Shown here: in pieces, positions 39,523 to 52,897 of the stretch
Position numbering within the stretch: position 1 is the stretch's first letter
How the letters are laid out: each line of letters opens with the position of its first letter
Source: an uncultured Limnobacter sp.
GTDB lineage: Bacteria; Pseudomonadota; Gammaproteobacteria; Burkholderiales; Burkholderiaceae_E
Length of the DNA: 64,000 bases
Assembly (NCBI GenBank): GCA_964481165.1
Contig: CAYZYC010000001.1
Span: 12,123-76,122 of the forward strand
Direction of reading: 5' to 3'
Notes under the pieces: model-generated
Told to the model about the DNA's origin: nothing
The model's database searches: none
The model's input: only the letters and a program-made list of their open reading frames with translations
Translations under genes and position numbers: made by a program

Positions 39523-40344
39523 ATGTGCCTGGTCTCCTTTTCGCTGGACGCGCACGACGAGTACGCGTTGCTGATCGCAGCCAACCGCGACGAGTTCTAC
39601 GCGCGTGAAGCGGCGCCGGCCGCCTGGTGGGCCGATCGTCCCGACGTCTACGGCGGACGCGACCTGCGCGCCGGCGGCAGCTGGCTCGCGGTCGATCGCA
39701 ACGGGCGCGTCGCGGCCGTGACCAACGTGCGCGAAGCCGAGCCGACGAGCGGGCCGCGTTCGCGCGGCGAACTCGTTGCCGGTTTCGTCGGCGCCACGAT
39801 TCCGGCGCACGACTACGCCGGGTCGGTGCTGGCGCATGCCGACGAATACGCGGGATTCAACCTGCTGTTGTTCGATCCCGCTTCGTCGACGCCCGCGATG
39901 TTCGTTTCGAATCGCGATCCGCGGCGTGCCTGCGCGGTGGATCGCGGCGTGCACGGGCTTTCCAACGGCACGCTCGATGCGAGCTGGCCGAAGGTGCGTC
40001 GGATGTCCGAGCGGATCGTGCATGCGATCGGTCGTCGTGAAGCGCCGCTCGAAGCGACCCTGCTCGATGCGCTCGCCGATCGCACGCCGTCGCGCGACGA
40101 GGACCTCCCCGACACCGGGGTCGGGATCGATCGCGAGCGCATGCTGTCTTCGACGATGGTCTTCTCGCCCGGCCTCGGCTACGGAACGCGCGCTTCGACG
40201 GTGATAGCGATCCGCCGCGACGGGCAGGTGCGCGTCGTCGAACGCAGCTGGGTCGCGGGCGGTGCCGCGCCGCAACGCTCGGGCGATCGGCGCACGCGTT
40301 TTCGACTGCCGGCCCGGGTGAGCGCCGCGCTCAACGCGACCTGA
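39523..40344 (+). CDS. NRDE/TANGO2-family protein
   Basis: MCL start, AANRDEF, GRDL..GGSWL, SRGELV, GLSN, YGTRAST. Confidence 0.92.
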   Translation: MCLVSFSLDAHDEYALLIAANRDEFYAREAAPAAWWADRPDVYGGRDLRAGGSWLAVDRNGRVAAVTNVREAEPTSGPRSRGELVAGFVGATIPAHDYAGSVLAHADEYAGFNLLLFDPASSTPAMFVSNRDPRRACAVDRGVHGLSNGTLDASWPKVRRMSERIVHAIGRREAPLEATLLDALADRTPSRDEDLPDTGVGIDRERMLSSTMVFSPGLGYGTRASTVIAIRRDGQVRVVERSWVAGGAAPQRSGDRRTRFRLPARVSAALNAT

Positions 40345-40822
40345 GGCTGCGCCGCATCGTGACGTGCGGGATTCCGGCCTCGTAGTACGTGTCGCCAACC
40401 GGCGCGAATCCCTGCGCAGCGTAGAACGACGCGACGTACTGCTGCGCATGCAGCTCGACTTCCCGGTCGCCGCGCGCCGCTGCGACCGCGACGAGTTCGC
40501 CGAGAATGCGCCGCCCGATTCCGCTGCGGCGTTCGTCCGAGAGCACCGCCATCCGCCCGATGCGCCCCTCCGGCAACAGACGGCCGGTGCCGACAGGATG
40601 CCGGCCGCGATACGCAACGCAATGCACGGCCTGCGCGTCGCGTTCGTCGTGTTCGAGTTCGAGCGGGATGCCCTGTTCGCGAACGAAGACGGCGGTGCGC
40701 ACCGCGAGCGCATCGGCGCCGAACTCCGCCCAGTTGCCGGTGCGCAGCGCGACGCCGCGGCTCGATCCGTCGGCCGACGAATCGTCGTGCGTCGCGTCGC
40801 GATCGGCAGGCGTCGGGCTCAC
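40331..40822 (-). CDS. GNAT acetyltransferase (YjcF/ElaA-like)
   Basis: VRTAVFVREQG, IGRMAV, LHAQ, FY..QGF, EAGIPH. Confidence 0.88.
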   Translation of the reverse strand: MSPTPADRDATHDDSSADGSSRGVALRTGNWAEFGADALAVRTAVFVREQGIPLELEHDERDAQAVHCVAYRGRHPVGTGRLLPEGRIGRMAVLSDERRSGIGRRILGELVAVAAARGDREVELHAQQYVASFYAAQGFAPVGDTYYEAGIPHVTMRRSLRSR

Positions 40823-41790
40823 GGGCGCGCCTTGCGGATGCGCGGCGCTTCGTCGGCAAGCGCATCGCGCAGCGCCGCGCACGCGTCGTCGTGCAGGCGC
40901 CGCGCCGCCTGCACGTAGCCGGCGTGGTGCAGGAAGCCGTGGATCATGCCGTCGTACCGTTCGAAGTGCACGGGAACGCCGGCGTCGCGCAGCCGCTGCG
41001 CGTACCGGCGGTCCTCGTCGTACAGCGGATCGTATTCCGCCGCGGCGATCCACGCCGGCGCGACGCCGCGCAGGTCCGCGGCCGCAAGCGGGGCGAAGCG
41101 CCAGTCCTCGCGATCGCGGGCGTCGCGCAATGCGCCTTCGAAGAACCACTGGATCAGGTCGTCGTCGAGCAGGTATCCCTTCGCCAGCCGGCGGTGCGAT
41201 TCGCTGTCCTGCCAGCTCGCCAGGCCCGGATAGAACAGCAGCTGCAGCGCCAGCGGCCAGTCGAGATCGCGCGCGTGGATCGCGCAGGCGGCGGCCACCG
41301 TTCCACCGGCGCTGTCGCCACCGACCGCGATGCGCTGCGCGTCGACGCCGAGTGCAGGCGCTTCGCGGCGCAGCCAGGCCAGCGCTTCGAAGGCATCGTC
41401 GTGCGCGGCCGGAAACCGGTGTTCGGGCGCCAGTCGGTAGTCGACCGAATAGACGAGGCAATCGCCGCCGTTTGCGAGCATGCGGCACGCGCGGTCGTGC
41501 GTGTCGATCGAGCCGATCGTGAACCCGCCGCCGTGAAAGAACAGCAATGCCGGCCGCGGGTCGCTCCAGGCGTGCGGCCACGGCGCGTATTCCCGTATGC
41601 GCAGCGCGCGGCCAGGGAACTCGACGACGTGATCCGACGTGGCGTGGATCGGCGGCGGCACGATGTCGAGCGTGGCCGACGCCTTCGCATAGTGCTCGCG
41701 CGCCGCGGCGACCCCGGCCTTCGGATACGGCGGCGTGCGCGAGCGCTGCGCCCATTGCAGTATCAGCGCGACCTGCGGATCGACGGGCAT
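40819..41790 (-). CDS. Alpha/beta hydrolase, HSL-family esterase
   Basis: HGGGF, GDSAGG, YDPL, HGF. Confidence 0.92.
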   Translation of the reverse strand: MPVDPQVALILQWAQRSRTPPYPKAGVAAAREHYAKASATLDIVPPPIHATSDHVVEFPGRALRIREYAPWPHAWSDPRPALLFFHGGGFTIGSIDTHDRACRMLANGGDCLVYSVDYRLAPEHRFPAAHDDAFEALAWLRREAPALGVDAQRIAVGGDSAGGTVAAACAIHARDLDWPLALQLLFYPGLASWQDSESHRRLAKGYLLDDDLIQWFFEGALRDARDREDWRFAPLAAADLRGVAPAWIAAAEYDPLYDEDRRYAQRLRDAGVPVHFERYDGMIHGFLHHAGYVQAARRLHDDACAALRDALADEAPRIRKARP

Positions 41791-41792
41791 GT

Positions 41793-42665
41793 TCAGCGAG
41801 CACGACCGGCGACGCCGGGCTTGAAAGTGTACGGGTCGCTCGGGTTGCGCTGCGCGACGATGTCGCGCAGGCGCAGTTCGACCGAATCTAGGATGCCCGG
41901 ATGCGTGATCACGTAGAAACGGTTCTCGCGGATCGCCTCGAAGGTCATCCGCGCGACCTGTTCGGCGGTGATGCGTCCCGACGATACGGCCTTCATCGAA
42001 GCCTCTTGCGCGGCGCGCATCGACGCGGTCGGCGCCGCGCCATCGCGCAGTTCGGCCGGGCGGTTGCGCTGCGACTGCGCGATCCCGGTGGGAACGAACG
42101 CCGGACACAGCAGCGTCACGCCGATCGATGCGCCGACCTGGCGCAGGTCGTGGTACAGCGTCTCGGTCAGCGCGACGACGCCGTGCTTGCCGACGTTGTA
42201 GACACCCATCGTCTGCGGCGCGAGCAGGCCGGCGACCGACGCCGTGTTCACCACGTGGCAGGCGTCGCGCTGCGCGAGCATGATCGGAACGAAGGCGCGC
42301 ACTCCGTGGATGACGCCCCACAGGTTCACGCCGAGCACCCACTGCCAGTCGTTCGCAGTCGTCTCCCAGACGAGTCCGCCCGCGGCCACGCCGGCGTTGT
42401 TGAACAGCAGGTGCACCGCGCCGTAGCGTTCGAGCGTGCGTTGCGCCAGGCGTTCGACATCCTCGGCGCGGCGCACGTCGACGATCTCGCCGAACGCCTC
42501 GGCGCCCTGCCCGCGTAGTTCGTCGACGACCGCCTGCAGCGCCTGCGCCTCGACGTCGGCCAGCGCGAGCTTCATGCCGAGCGACGCACCGATGCGCGCG
42601 AACTCGCGGCCGAAACCGCTGGCCGCGCCGGTGATCACCGCGACCCGTCCGGCGAAATCGTCCAT
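41793..42665 (-). CDS. Short-chain dehydrogenase/reductase
   Basis: TGAASGFG, NNAG, YNVGKHG. Confidence 0.92.
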   Translation of the reverse strand: MDDFAGRVAVITGAASGFGREFARIGASLGMKLALADVEAQALQAVVDELRGQGAEAFGEIVDVRRAEDVERLAQRTLERYGAVHLLFNNAGVAAGGLVWETTANDWQWVLGVNLWGVIHGVRAFVPIMLAQRDACHVVNTASVAGLLAPQTMGVYNVGKHGVVALTETLYHDLRQVGASIGVTLLCPAFVPTGIAQSQRNRPAELRDGAAPTASMRAAQEASMKAVSSGRITAEQVARMTFEAIRENRFYVITHPGILDSVELRLRDIVAQRNPSDPYTFKPGVAGRAR

Positions 42666-42670
42666 GACGT

Positions 42671-43669
42671 TCAGGCGAGCCGGACGAGCTGCTTGCCGAC
42701 GTTGCGTCCCGCGAGCAGCCCGATGAACGCTTCGGGAGCCTGTTCGAGCCCCTGCGCGACGGTTTCGCGATAGCGCAGTTGGCTGCTCGCCACGAGGGCA
42801 CCGAGTTCGTGCAGCGCCGTCGGCCACACGTCCATGTGTTCGGAGACGATGAAGCCCTCGACGCGCAGGCGGTTGACGAGCACCGAACGGAACTGCGTCA
42901 TCGGCATCGGTTGTCCGCTGTAGCCCGAGATCAGCCCGCAGACGGCGACGCGTCCGAACGCGTTCATGCGCCGCAGGACCGTGTCGAGCACTTCGCCGCC
43001 GACGTTCTCGAACAGCCCGTCGACGCCGTCGGGCGTGGCCGCACGCAGGTCGTCGTACAGGCGCCCCGCCTTGTAGTCGACACACGCATCGAAGCCGTAT
43101 TCATCGGTGACGATGCCGCACTTGAGCGGGCCTCCGGCGATTCCGACGACGCGGCAGCCGGCGCGCTTCGCAAGTTGCCCGACGACCGAACCGACGGCGC
43201 CGCTCGCTGCCGAAACGACGATCGTCTCGCCCGGCTTCGGGACGATGATCCGGTTCAGTCCGTACCAGGCGGTGACGCCCGGCATGCCGACCGCGCCGAG
43301 ATACGCCGACAGCGGAATCCGCGAGGTGTCGACCTTCATCAGGCTTCGGCCGTCGGACACGCCGTAGAGTTGCCAACCGAGCATGCCGACGACATGGTCG
43401 CCGGCGGCGAAACCCGGATTGCGGCTCTCGACGACTTCGCCCGCCGTGCCGCCGATCATCACCTCGTCGAGCGCCTGCGCCGCCGCGTACGACTTCGCGT
43501 CGTCCATGCGCCCGCGCATGTACGGGTCGAGCGACAGGAAATGGTTGCGCACGAGCACCTGGCCGTCGGCGAGCGGCGGCACCGGCGCTTCGTCGAGCCG
43601 GAAGTCTTCGGGCGATGCGAGACCCTGCGGCCGGCGCGCGAGCAGGATGCGGCGGTTCAGTGCAGTCAT
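42671..43669 (-). CDS. NADP-dependent oxidoreductase (YncB/CurA/PTGR family)
   Basis: SLDPYMRGRM, GMPGVTAWYG, SAASGAVG, CGLISGY. Confidence 0.92.
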   Translation of the reverse strand: MTALNRRILLARRPQGLASPEDFRLDEAPVPPLADGQVLVRNHFLSLDPYMRGRMDDAKSYAAAQALDEVMIGGTAGEVVESRNPGFAAGDHVVGMLGWQLYGVSDGRSLMKVDTSRIPLSAYLGAVGMPGVTAWYGLNRIIVPKPGETIVVSAASGAVGSVVGQLAKRAGCRVVGIAGGPLKCGIVTDEYGFDACVDYKAGRLYDDLRAATPDGVDGLFENVGGEVLDTVLRRMNAFGRVAVCGLISGYSGQPMPMTQFRSVLVNRLRVEGFIVSEHMDVWPTALHELGALVASSQLRYRETVAQGLEQAPEAFIGLLAGRNVGKQLVRLA

Positions 43670-43680
43670 GGGCGTCTCCT

Positions 43681-44457
43681 TCAGACGGCGGTCACGCCGC
43701 CATCGACGGCGAGGATCTGTCCCGTGATGTGCTTGCCCGCGTCCGAGCAGAAAAGCACCGCGGCACCCTTGAGGTCCTCGTCGTCGCCGAGCCGCTGCAG
43801 CGGCGTGCGGGCGATGACGTCGTCGCCGATCGTCTCGAGCGTCGCGCGGGTCATCTTCGAGGGGAAGAACCCCGGCGCGAGCGCGTTGACGGTGATTCCG
43901 TACGGGCCCCATTCGCCGGCGAGCGCACGCGTGAAATTGACCAGGCCGCCCTTGGTCGTGTTGTAGGCGAGCGTGGGGTTCGTCCCGGTCGGATTGCCCC
44001 GCAGTCCGGCGATCGACGCGACGATCAGGACGCGTCCGTAACCGCGCGGGATCATCGAGCGTTTGCCGATCTGCTGCGTGAGCAGGAACACGCCGGTGAG
44101 ATTCAGGTTCACCAGCTTCATCCACGCTTCGAGCGGATGGTCTGCCGTGGGCGCGCCCCAGGTCGCGCCTGCGTTGTTGACCAGGATGTCGCAATGGCCG
44201 AGCCGATCGAGCGCGGCTTCGGCGAACGCGGTGACGGCGTCGGGCTGGCCGAGGTCGCTCGCGATCGCGTGCGCCTGCACTCCCTGTCCCTGCAGATGCG
44301 CGACGGCCGCGTCGAGCTCGGCCTGCCTGCGGGCGGTCAACAGCACTTCCGCGCCCATTTCGCCGAGCGCCTCGGCGATCTGCAGGCCGAGTCCCCGGGA
44401 TCCTCCCGTGACGATCGCCTTGCGGCCCTGCAGGGACATCGCCTTTCGTACCGACAT
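43681..44457 (-). CDS. SDR oxidoreductase (gluconate 5-dehydrogenase-like)
   Basis: TGGSRGLG, NNAGATWG, YNTTKG, PGFFPSKMT. Confidence 0.9.
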   Translation of the reverse strand: MSVRKAMSLQGRKAIVTGGSRGLGLQIAEALGEMGAEVLLTARRQAELDAAVAHLQGQGVQAHAIASDLGQPDAVTAFAEAALDRLGHCDILVNNAGATWGAPTADHPLEAWMKLVNLNLTGVFLLTQQIGKRSMIPRGYGRVLIVASIAGLRGNPTGTNPTLAYNTTKGGLVNFTRALAGEWGPYGITVNALAPGFFPSKMTRATLETIGDDVIARTPLQRLGDDEDLKGAAVLFCSDAGKHITGQILAVDGGVTAV

Positions 44458-44501
44458 CCGCGTCTCCCTCGGTGGCGTACTTCGTGGCGTACCCGGCGGC
44501 C

Positions 44502-45434
44502 TCAGTGACGAAGCCCGCGCAGGTCGAACTCGGCGAGCGCCGCGCGCGCGACCGGGCCGCCCCACTCCGGAACGAAATGCCCCGCGTCGGCCAGTCGCAT
44601 CGGCTCGGGGCAGCCGCGTATCACCGAACGCAGCGGCAGCATCGCTTCCTCGCCGAGGACCGGATCACGCAGGCCGATCGCCATGAAACCGCGCCCTTGC
44701 CACGACTCGCGCCACCACTGCCCGGCACGCGCCGACAGTTCGACGCCCGGCTCGTCCGGCGCCTCGGGAACGATGTTCGGGAACGCCCGTAGCGCGGCCT
44801 TGTACCGGACATCGGGAAACGGCGCGTCGTAGCCCGCGGCTTCCGAAGGGCTCATGTCGGGCTTGCCGCGCATCAGCATCCGGCCCACGGCGAGATCGGG
44901 CGTGCGATTCGAGTATGCGCGCCATTGCTCGAAACCGCGTGTCGGACTCGTTCCGACCGCAAGCGCCGTGTTCATCACCAGCAGCCGCGTGAAGCGGTCG
45001 GGCATGTCCGGAGGAAGCGTGAGTCCGAGCAGGCCGCCCCAGTCCTGGCACACGAGCAGCACGTCGTGCAGGTCGAGCCGTTCGATCAGTCGCTGCAGCA
45101 GCGTTCGGTGCCACACGAAGCTGTGCGCCGACTCGTCGACCGGCTTGTCGGAGCGGCCGAATCCCGGCATGTCGGGGGCGACGACGCGCAATCCGGCTTC
45201 GACGAACACCGGGATCATCCTGCGATACAGGTAGCTCCACGTCGGATTGCCGTGCAGGCACAGCGCGGTGCCGTGTTGTGCCGTGCCCTCGTCGACGTAG
45301 TGCACGCGCATGCCTTCGTAGCCGGGCAGGTCGTCGACGTAACGCGGCGCGAACGGGAAGTCGAGAAGCTGCTCGAAGCGCTCGTCGGGCGTGCGCAGGC
45401 AATTCACCGAATGCGCGCTCGGGTTCCGCGCCAT
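44502..45434 (-). CDS. Haloalkane dehalogenase (DhlA-like, HLD-I)
   Basis: LRTPDERF, HGNPTWSYLYR, QDWGG nucleophile, DPVLG, AGHFVPE. Confidence 0.88.
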   Translation of the reverse strand: MARNPSAHSVNCLRTPDERFEQLLDFPFAPRYVDDLPGYEGMRVHYVDEGTAQHGTALCLHGNPTWSYLYRRMIPVFVEAGLRVVAPDMPGFGRSDKPVDESAHSFVWHRTLLQRLIERLDLHDVLLVCQDWGGLLGLTLPPDMPDRFTRLLVMNTALAVGTSPTRGFEQWRAYSNRTPDLAVGRMLMRGKPDMSPSEAAGYDAPFPDVRYKAALRAFPNIVPEAPDEPGVELSARAGQWWRESWQGRGFMAIGLRDPVLGEEAMLPLRSVIRGCPEPMRLADAGHFVPEWGGPVARAALAEFDLRGLRH

Positions 45435-45441
45435 CGCCGGC

Positions 45442-46620
45442 TCAGACGATCTCGAACAGACCCGCGGCGCCCATGCCGCCGCCCACGCACATCGTCACGA
45501 CGGCATTGCGCGCACCGCGGCGCCGGCCTTCGATCAGCGCGTGCCCGGTGAGCCGCTGGCCGCTCATGCCGTACGGGTGGCCGACGGCGATCGCGCCTCC
45601 GTTGACGTTGAGCCGCTCGTCGGGAATGCCGAGCCGGTCGCGGCAGTAGATCACCTGCACGGCGAAGGCCTCGTTGAGCTCCCACAGGTCGATGTCTTCG
45701 ATCTTCAGCCCGGCGCGCCGCAACAGTTTCGGGACCGCGAAAACCGGCCCGATGCCCATCTCGTCGGGTTCGCAACCGGCCACGGCGAATCCGCGGAAGA
45801 TGCCCAGCGGCTTCAGCCCGCGCCGTTCGGCGAGTTTCGCGTCCATCACCACGCACGCACCGGCGCCGTCCGAGAACTGGCTCGCGTTGCCCGCGCTGAT
45901 GACGCCGCCCGGCAGCGCCGAGCGGATCTGCGAAACCGCCTCGAGCGTCGTTCCGGGGCGCCGCCCTTCGTCGTCGTCGAGCGTGACTTCGCGCGTGCCG
46001 AGTTGCCCGCTCGCCTTGTCGGCGACCGCCATCCGCACCGTGATCGGCACGATCTCGTCGCGGAACCTGCCCTCCTCGGCCGCCGCGCACGCGCGCTGCT
46101 GGCTGCGCGCGCCGTATTCGTCCTGGCGTTCGCGCGCGATCGCGTACCGCCGGGCGACGGTCTCGGCCGTCTGCAGCATCGGCCAGTAGACCTCGGGTTT
46201 CGACCGGTTCAGGTGCTTGTCGAAGAACATGTGGCGATTCGCCTCGTTCTGCACGCACGAGATCGACTCGAGCCCGCCCGCGACGTAGACGTCGCCTTCG
46301 CCGGCGATGATCCGCTGCGCCGCCATCGCGATCGTCTGCAGGCCCGACGAGCAGAAGCGGTTGACCGTCGCACCGGCGACGGTCACCGGGCATCCTGCCG
46401 ACAACGCGATCTGGCGCGCGATGTTCGCGCCGGTGGCGCCCTCGGGAGTCGCACAGCCCATCAGCACGTCGTCGACTTCGCCCGCCTCGATTCCGGCGCG
46501 CTCGATCGCGGCGCGCACGACATGGCCGCCCATGGTGGCGCCGTGCGTCATGTTCAGCGCGCCGCGCCAGGACTTGGCCAGCCCGGTGCGGGCCGTCGAC
46601 ACGATTACTGCCTCACGCAT
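45442..46620 (-). CDS. Acetyl-CoA C-acyltransferase (thiolase)
   Basis: [28 protein letters not shown]. Confidence 0.95.
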   Translation of the reverse strand: MREAVIVSTARTGLAKSWRGALNMTHGATMGGHVVRAAIERAGIEAGEVDDVLMGCATPEGATGANIARQIALSAGCPVTVAGATVNRFCSSGLQTIAMAAQRIIAGEGDVYVAGGLESISCVQNEANRHMFFDKHLNRSKPEVYWPMLQTAETVARRYAIARERQDEYGARSQQRACAAAEEGRFRDEIVPITVRMAVADKASGQLGTREVTLDDDEGRRPGTTLEAVSQIRSALPGGVISAGNASQFSDGAGACVVMDAKLAERRGLKPLGIFRGFAVAGCEPDEMGIGPVFAVPKLLRRAGLKIEDIDLWELNEAFAVQVIYCRDRLGIPDERLNVNGGAIAVGHPYGMSGQRLTGHALIEGRRRGARNAVVTMCVGGGMGAAGLFEIV

Positions 46621-46641
46621 GATTTCCGTTCCCCTGCGGTT

Positions 46642-48735
46642 TCAACCGTTGAAGCCGCGGCCCTCGGCCACGAGCCTTGCGAGCAATGGCGCGGGCTTCC
46701 AGAAGGAAGCGTCGCCGTGCGGATTCGCTGCGAAGTCCGCCATCCGGTTCGTCACGTTGTACAGGCCGACCATGTCGGCGTAGAGCATCGGTCCGCCGCG
46801 CCACAACGGGAATCCGTATCCGGTCAGGTAGATCATGTCGATGTCCGAGGCGCGCATCGCGATGCCCTCCTCGAGGATCTTCGCGCCTTCGTTCACCAGC
46901 GCGAAGACGAGTCGATGGACGATCTCGTCGTCGGACAGCTTGCGCGGCTTCACGCCGATCGCGGCACGGTGCGCTGCGATCAACTCGTCGACCGCGGCAT
47001 CGGGCGCCGGGTCGCGCTTTCCGGGCACGTATCGATACCAGCCCGCGCCGGTCTTCTGGCCGAAGCGGCCGAGCTCGCAGAGCTTGTCGGCGATGCCCGG
47101 ATACTCCATGTCGGGACGCTCGGCGCGACGGCGCTTGCGGATGTACCAGCCGACGTCGTTGCCTGCCAGGTCGCTCATCCGGAACGGCCCCATCGCGAAA
47201 CCGAACTTCTCGATCGCGCGATCCACCTGTTGCGGCGTCGCGCCTTCCTCGAGCATGTACAGCGCCTGGCGCAGGTACTGCTCGATCATCCGGTTGCCGA
47301 TGAAACCGTCGCAGACCCCCGAGACGACCCCGGTCTTGCGCAGTTTCTTCGACAACTGCATCGTCGTCGCGAGCACTTCGGGCGAGGTCTTCGCGCCGCG
47401 CACGATCTCGAGCAGTTTCATCACGTTGGCCGGCGAGAAGAAGTGCGTGCCGATCACGTCCTGCGGCCGTTTCGTGAACGACGCGATGCGGTCCACGTCG
47501 AGCGTGGAAGTGTTCGTGGCGAGGATCGCGCCGGACTTCATCACCTCGTCGAGCTTGCGGAATACCGTCTCCTTGACCGCCATGTCCTCGAACACCGCCT
47601 CGACGACGATGTCGGCGTCGCCGATGTCGGCGTAATCGAGTGTCGGCCGGACGAGCGCCATGCGCCGCTCGACGTCTTCGGCGCTCATGCGGCCCTTCTT
47701 CGCCGAGCTCTCGTAGTTCCTGCGGATCGTCGCCATGCCGTTGTCGAGCGCTTCCTGCTTCATCTCGAGCAGCGCGACCGGGATCCCGGCGTTGGCGAAG
47801 TTCATCGCGATGCCGGCGCCCATCGTTCCCGCGCCGATGACCGCCGCCGATGCGATGGTGCGGGTCGGCGTCTTCTCGGGCACGTCCGGGATCTTGCTCG
47901 CGGCGCGTTCGGCGAAGAACGCGTGCCGCAACGCCCGCGACTCGGGCGTCTGCACGAGTTCGAGGAACAGCCGGCGCTCGTTCGCCAGTCCTTCTTCGAA
48001 GTTTCCGCCGATCGAGCCGGCGATCGCGTCGATGCACCGGGTCGGCGCCGGGAAGTTCTTCGCGACGCTGGCGACGGTGTTCTTCGAGAACTGCAGGAAG
48101 GCCTCGGCGTCTTCGTGATCGACCTTCAGGTCGCGCACCTTGGGCAGGCCGCGGTTCTCGGCCAGCGCCCTGCCGGCGAACGCGACCGCGCCCTGGACGA
48201 GATCGCCGTCGACGATCTCGTCGAACAGTTTCGTGCCGGCGAACTTCTCGGACTTCACCGCTTCGCCGGTGACGATCATGTTGACCGCCATCTCCAGCGG
48301 CACGACGCGCGGCAGGCGCTGCGTGCCGCCGGCGCCGGGAAGGATGCCGAGCTTGACTTCCGGCAGCGCGATCGACGCTCCGGGCGAGGCGACGCGGAAA
48401 TGGCAGGCCAGCGAGAGCTCGAGGCCGCCGCCCATCGCGACCGCGTGGATCGCCGCGACCACCGGCTTGCTGCTCTGCTCGATCGTGCGGATGACCGTGT
48501 GCAGCGTCGGTTCGGCAAGCGCCTTCGGCGTATTGAACTCGCGGATGTCGGCGCCGCCCGAGAACGCCTTGCCCGCCCCGTGAATGACGATCGCCCGGAT
48601 CGCGGGATCCGCCTGCGCCCGGCGCAGGCCCTCGACGAGGCCGACGCGCAACTCGTAGCCGAGCCCGTTCACCGGCGGGTTGTCCATCGTGAGGACGGCG
48701 ATTTCGCCCTGGGGGGCGTAGTGCAATTGGGTCAT
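46642..48735 (-). CDS. Bifunctional enoyl-CoA hydratase / 3-hydroxyacyl-CoA dehydrogenase
   Basis: NPPVN, GADI, PEVKLG, GAGTMG, TNTSTL, HFFSPA, GFIGNR. Confidence 0.95.
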   Translation of the reverse strand: MTQLHYAPQGEIAVLTMDNPPVNGLGYELRVGLVEGLRRAQADPAIRAIVIHGAGKAFSGGADIREFNTPKALAEPTLHTVIRTIEQSSKPVVAAIHAVAMGGGLELSLACHFRVASPGASIALPEVKLGILPGAGGTQRLPRVVPLEMAVNMIVTGEAVKSEKFAGTKLFDEIVDGDLVQGAVAFAGRALAENRGLPKVRDLKVDHEDAEAFLQFSKNTVASVAKNFPAPTRCIDAIAGSIGGNFEEGLANERRLFLELVQTPESRALRHAFFAERAASKIPDVPEKTPTRTIASAAVIGAGTMGAGIAMNFANAGIPVALLEMKQEALDNGMATIRRNYESSAKKGRMSAEDVERRMALVRPTLDYADIGDADIVVEAVFEDMAVKETVFRKLDEVMKSGAILATNTSTLDVDRIASFTKRPQDVIGTHFFSPANVMKLLEIVRGAKTSPEVLATTMQLSKKLRKTGVVSGVCDGFIGNRMIEQYLRQALYMLEEGATPQQVDRAIEKFGFAMGPFRMSDLAGNDVGWYIRKRRRAERPDMEYPGIADKLCELGRFGQKTGAGWYRYVPGKRDPAPDAAVDELIAAHRAAIGVKPRKLSDDEIVHRLVFALVNEGAKILEEGIAMRASDIDMIYLTGYGFPLWRGGPMLYADMVGLYNVTNRMADFAANPHGDASFWKPAPLLARLVAEGRGFNG

Positions 48736-48773
48736 TTGGGGGGCTTCCGGAAGTGACGGAACTGCTCAGGGGG

Positions 48774-48790
48774 AGTGTAACCGAGCGGTT
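48774..48790 (-). promoter_or_regulatory. -10 element (TACACT) abutting palindrome AACCG-N2-CGGTT upstream of the beta-oxidation operon
   Basis: Plus strand agtgtaaccgagcggtt. Confidence 0.5.
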
Positions 48791-48919
48791 CTTCGTCTTT
48801 TGTGCGCGCTCCGCACGGTATCTGCGGCGAGTGCCCGTGCGCGTGGCCGCGCGCGCGGCACCGCACCGGGGCTTTCGCTCCCGGCACCGCGCGGAGCGAA
48901 CACAGAACGCCCAACACCA

Positions 48920-49926
48920 TCACAAGCGAAGTCCGACCGCGCGGCGCAAGCGTTCCATGAAAGGCACGGCGACTTCCCGCGCCTTGCGCGCGCCGGCGAC
49001 CAGGATGTCGTCGACCTCCTGCGGATTCGCGACGAGCGCTTCGTAGCGTTCGCGCATCGGCGCGAGTTCGGCCTCGACCAGCGCGTACAGCCGCTCCTTG
49101 GCCGCTCCCCAGCCGAGACCCTCTTCGAGTTCGGCCTGGAAGCGCGCCGCGTCGCCGGGTTCGGCGAACGCGCGGTAGATCGCATGGACCTGCGAATTCT
49201 CCGCGTCCTTCGGTTCGCCGGGGACGCGCGAATCGGTGACGATGCGCCGGATCGAAGCGTGCAGCCGCTTCGAGCCCCCGTCGAACAGCGCGATCGTGTT
49301 GTCGTAGCTCTTCGACATCTTGCGTCCGTCCAGTCCGGGCAGCGTCGCGACATGCTCCTCGACCAGCGCCTGCGGCAGCACGAAGGGGCCCTCGCCGTCG
49401 CCGAATACCCGATTGAATCGCTGGGCGATGTCGCGCGCCATTTCGACGTGCTGCACCTGGTCGCGCCCGACCGGCACGAACCGCGCGTTGAACAGCAGGA
49501 TGTCGGCCGCCATCAGCAGCGGATAGCCGAACAGGCCCATGCTGATGCCCGCATCGGGATCGTCGCCCGCGGCGTCGTTGCGATCGACGGCGGCCTTGTA
49601 CGCGTGCGCGCGGTTCATCAGCCCCTTGGACGTAACGCAACCGAGAATCCAGGTGAGCTCGGGAATCTCGGGAATGTCGGACTGGCGGTACAGCGTGACC
49701 TGCTCCGGGTCGAGTCCGGCGGCGAGCCAGCTCGCGGCGATCTGCAGGCGCGACTGCCGCACGCGCGCAGGCTCGTCGCACTTGACGAGCGCGTGCAGGT
49801 CGGCCAGGAACAGGAACGAATCGAAGCGCCGATCGCGGCTCGCCTGCACCGTCGGACGGATCGCGCCGACGTAGTTCCCGAGGTGCGGGGTACCCGTCGT
49901 CGTGATTCCGGTGAGGACGCGCTCGT

Positions 49927-49930
<4 letters not shown>
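48920..49930 (-). CDS. trpS: Tryptophan--tRNA ligase
   Basis: [15 protein letters not shown] (HIGH), LMAADIL, VPVGRDQ, KMSKS. Confidence 0.95.
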
Positions 49931-52800
<2,870 letters not shown>

Positions 52801-52897
52801 GCGATGCCTCCTCGTCGATCGGGTCTTGGCCGCGGCCTTCAGAGCCCATGCTATAACCGCAGCGTGCGTCGAAGACGCAGCCAGAGGGGGAATAACC

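Noticed and set aside
48900-48925. Integron attC-like core (GCCCAAC / GTTGGGC) after trpS
   Set aside because: A single 7-mer with no matching partner site, cassette array or integrase.
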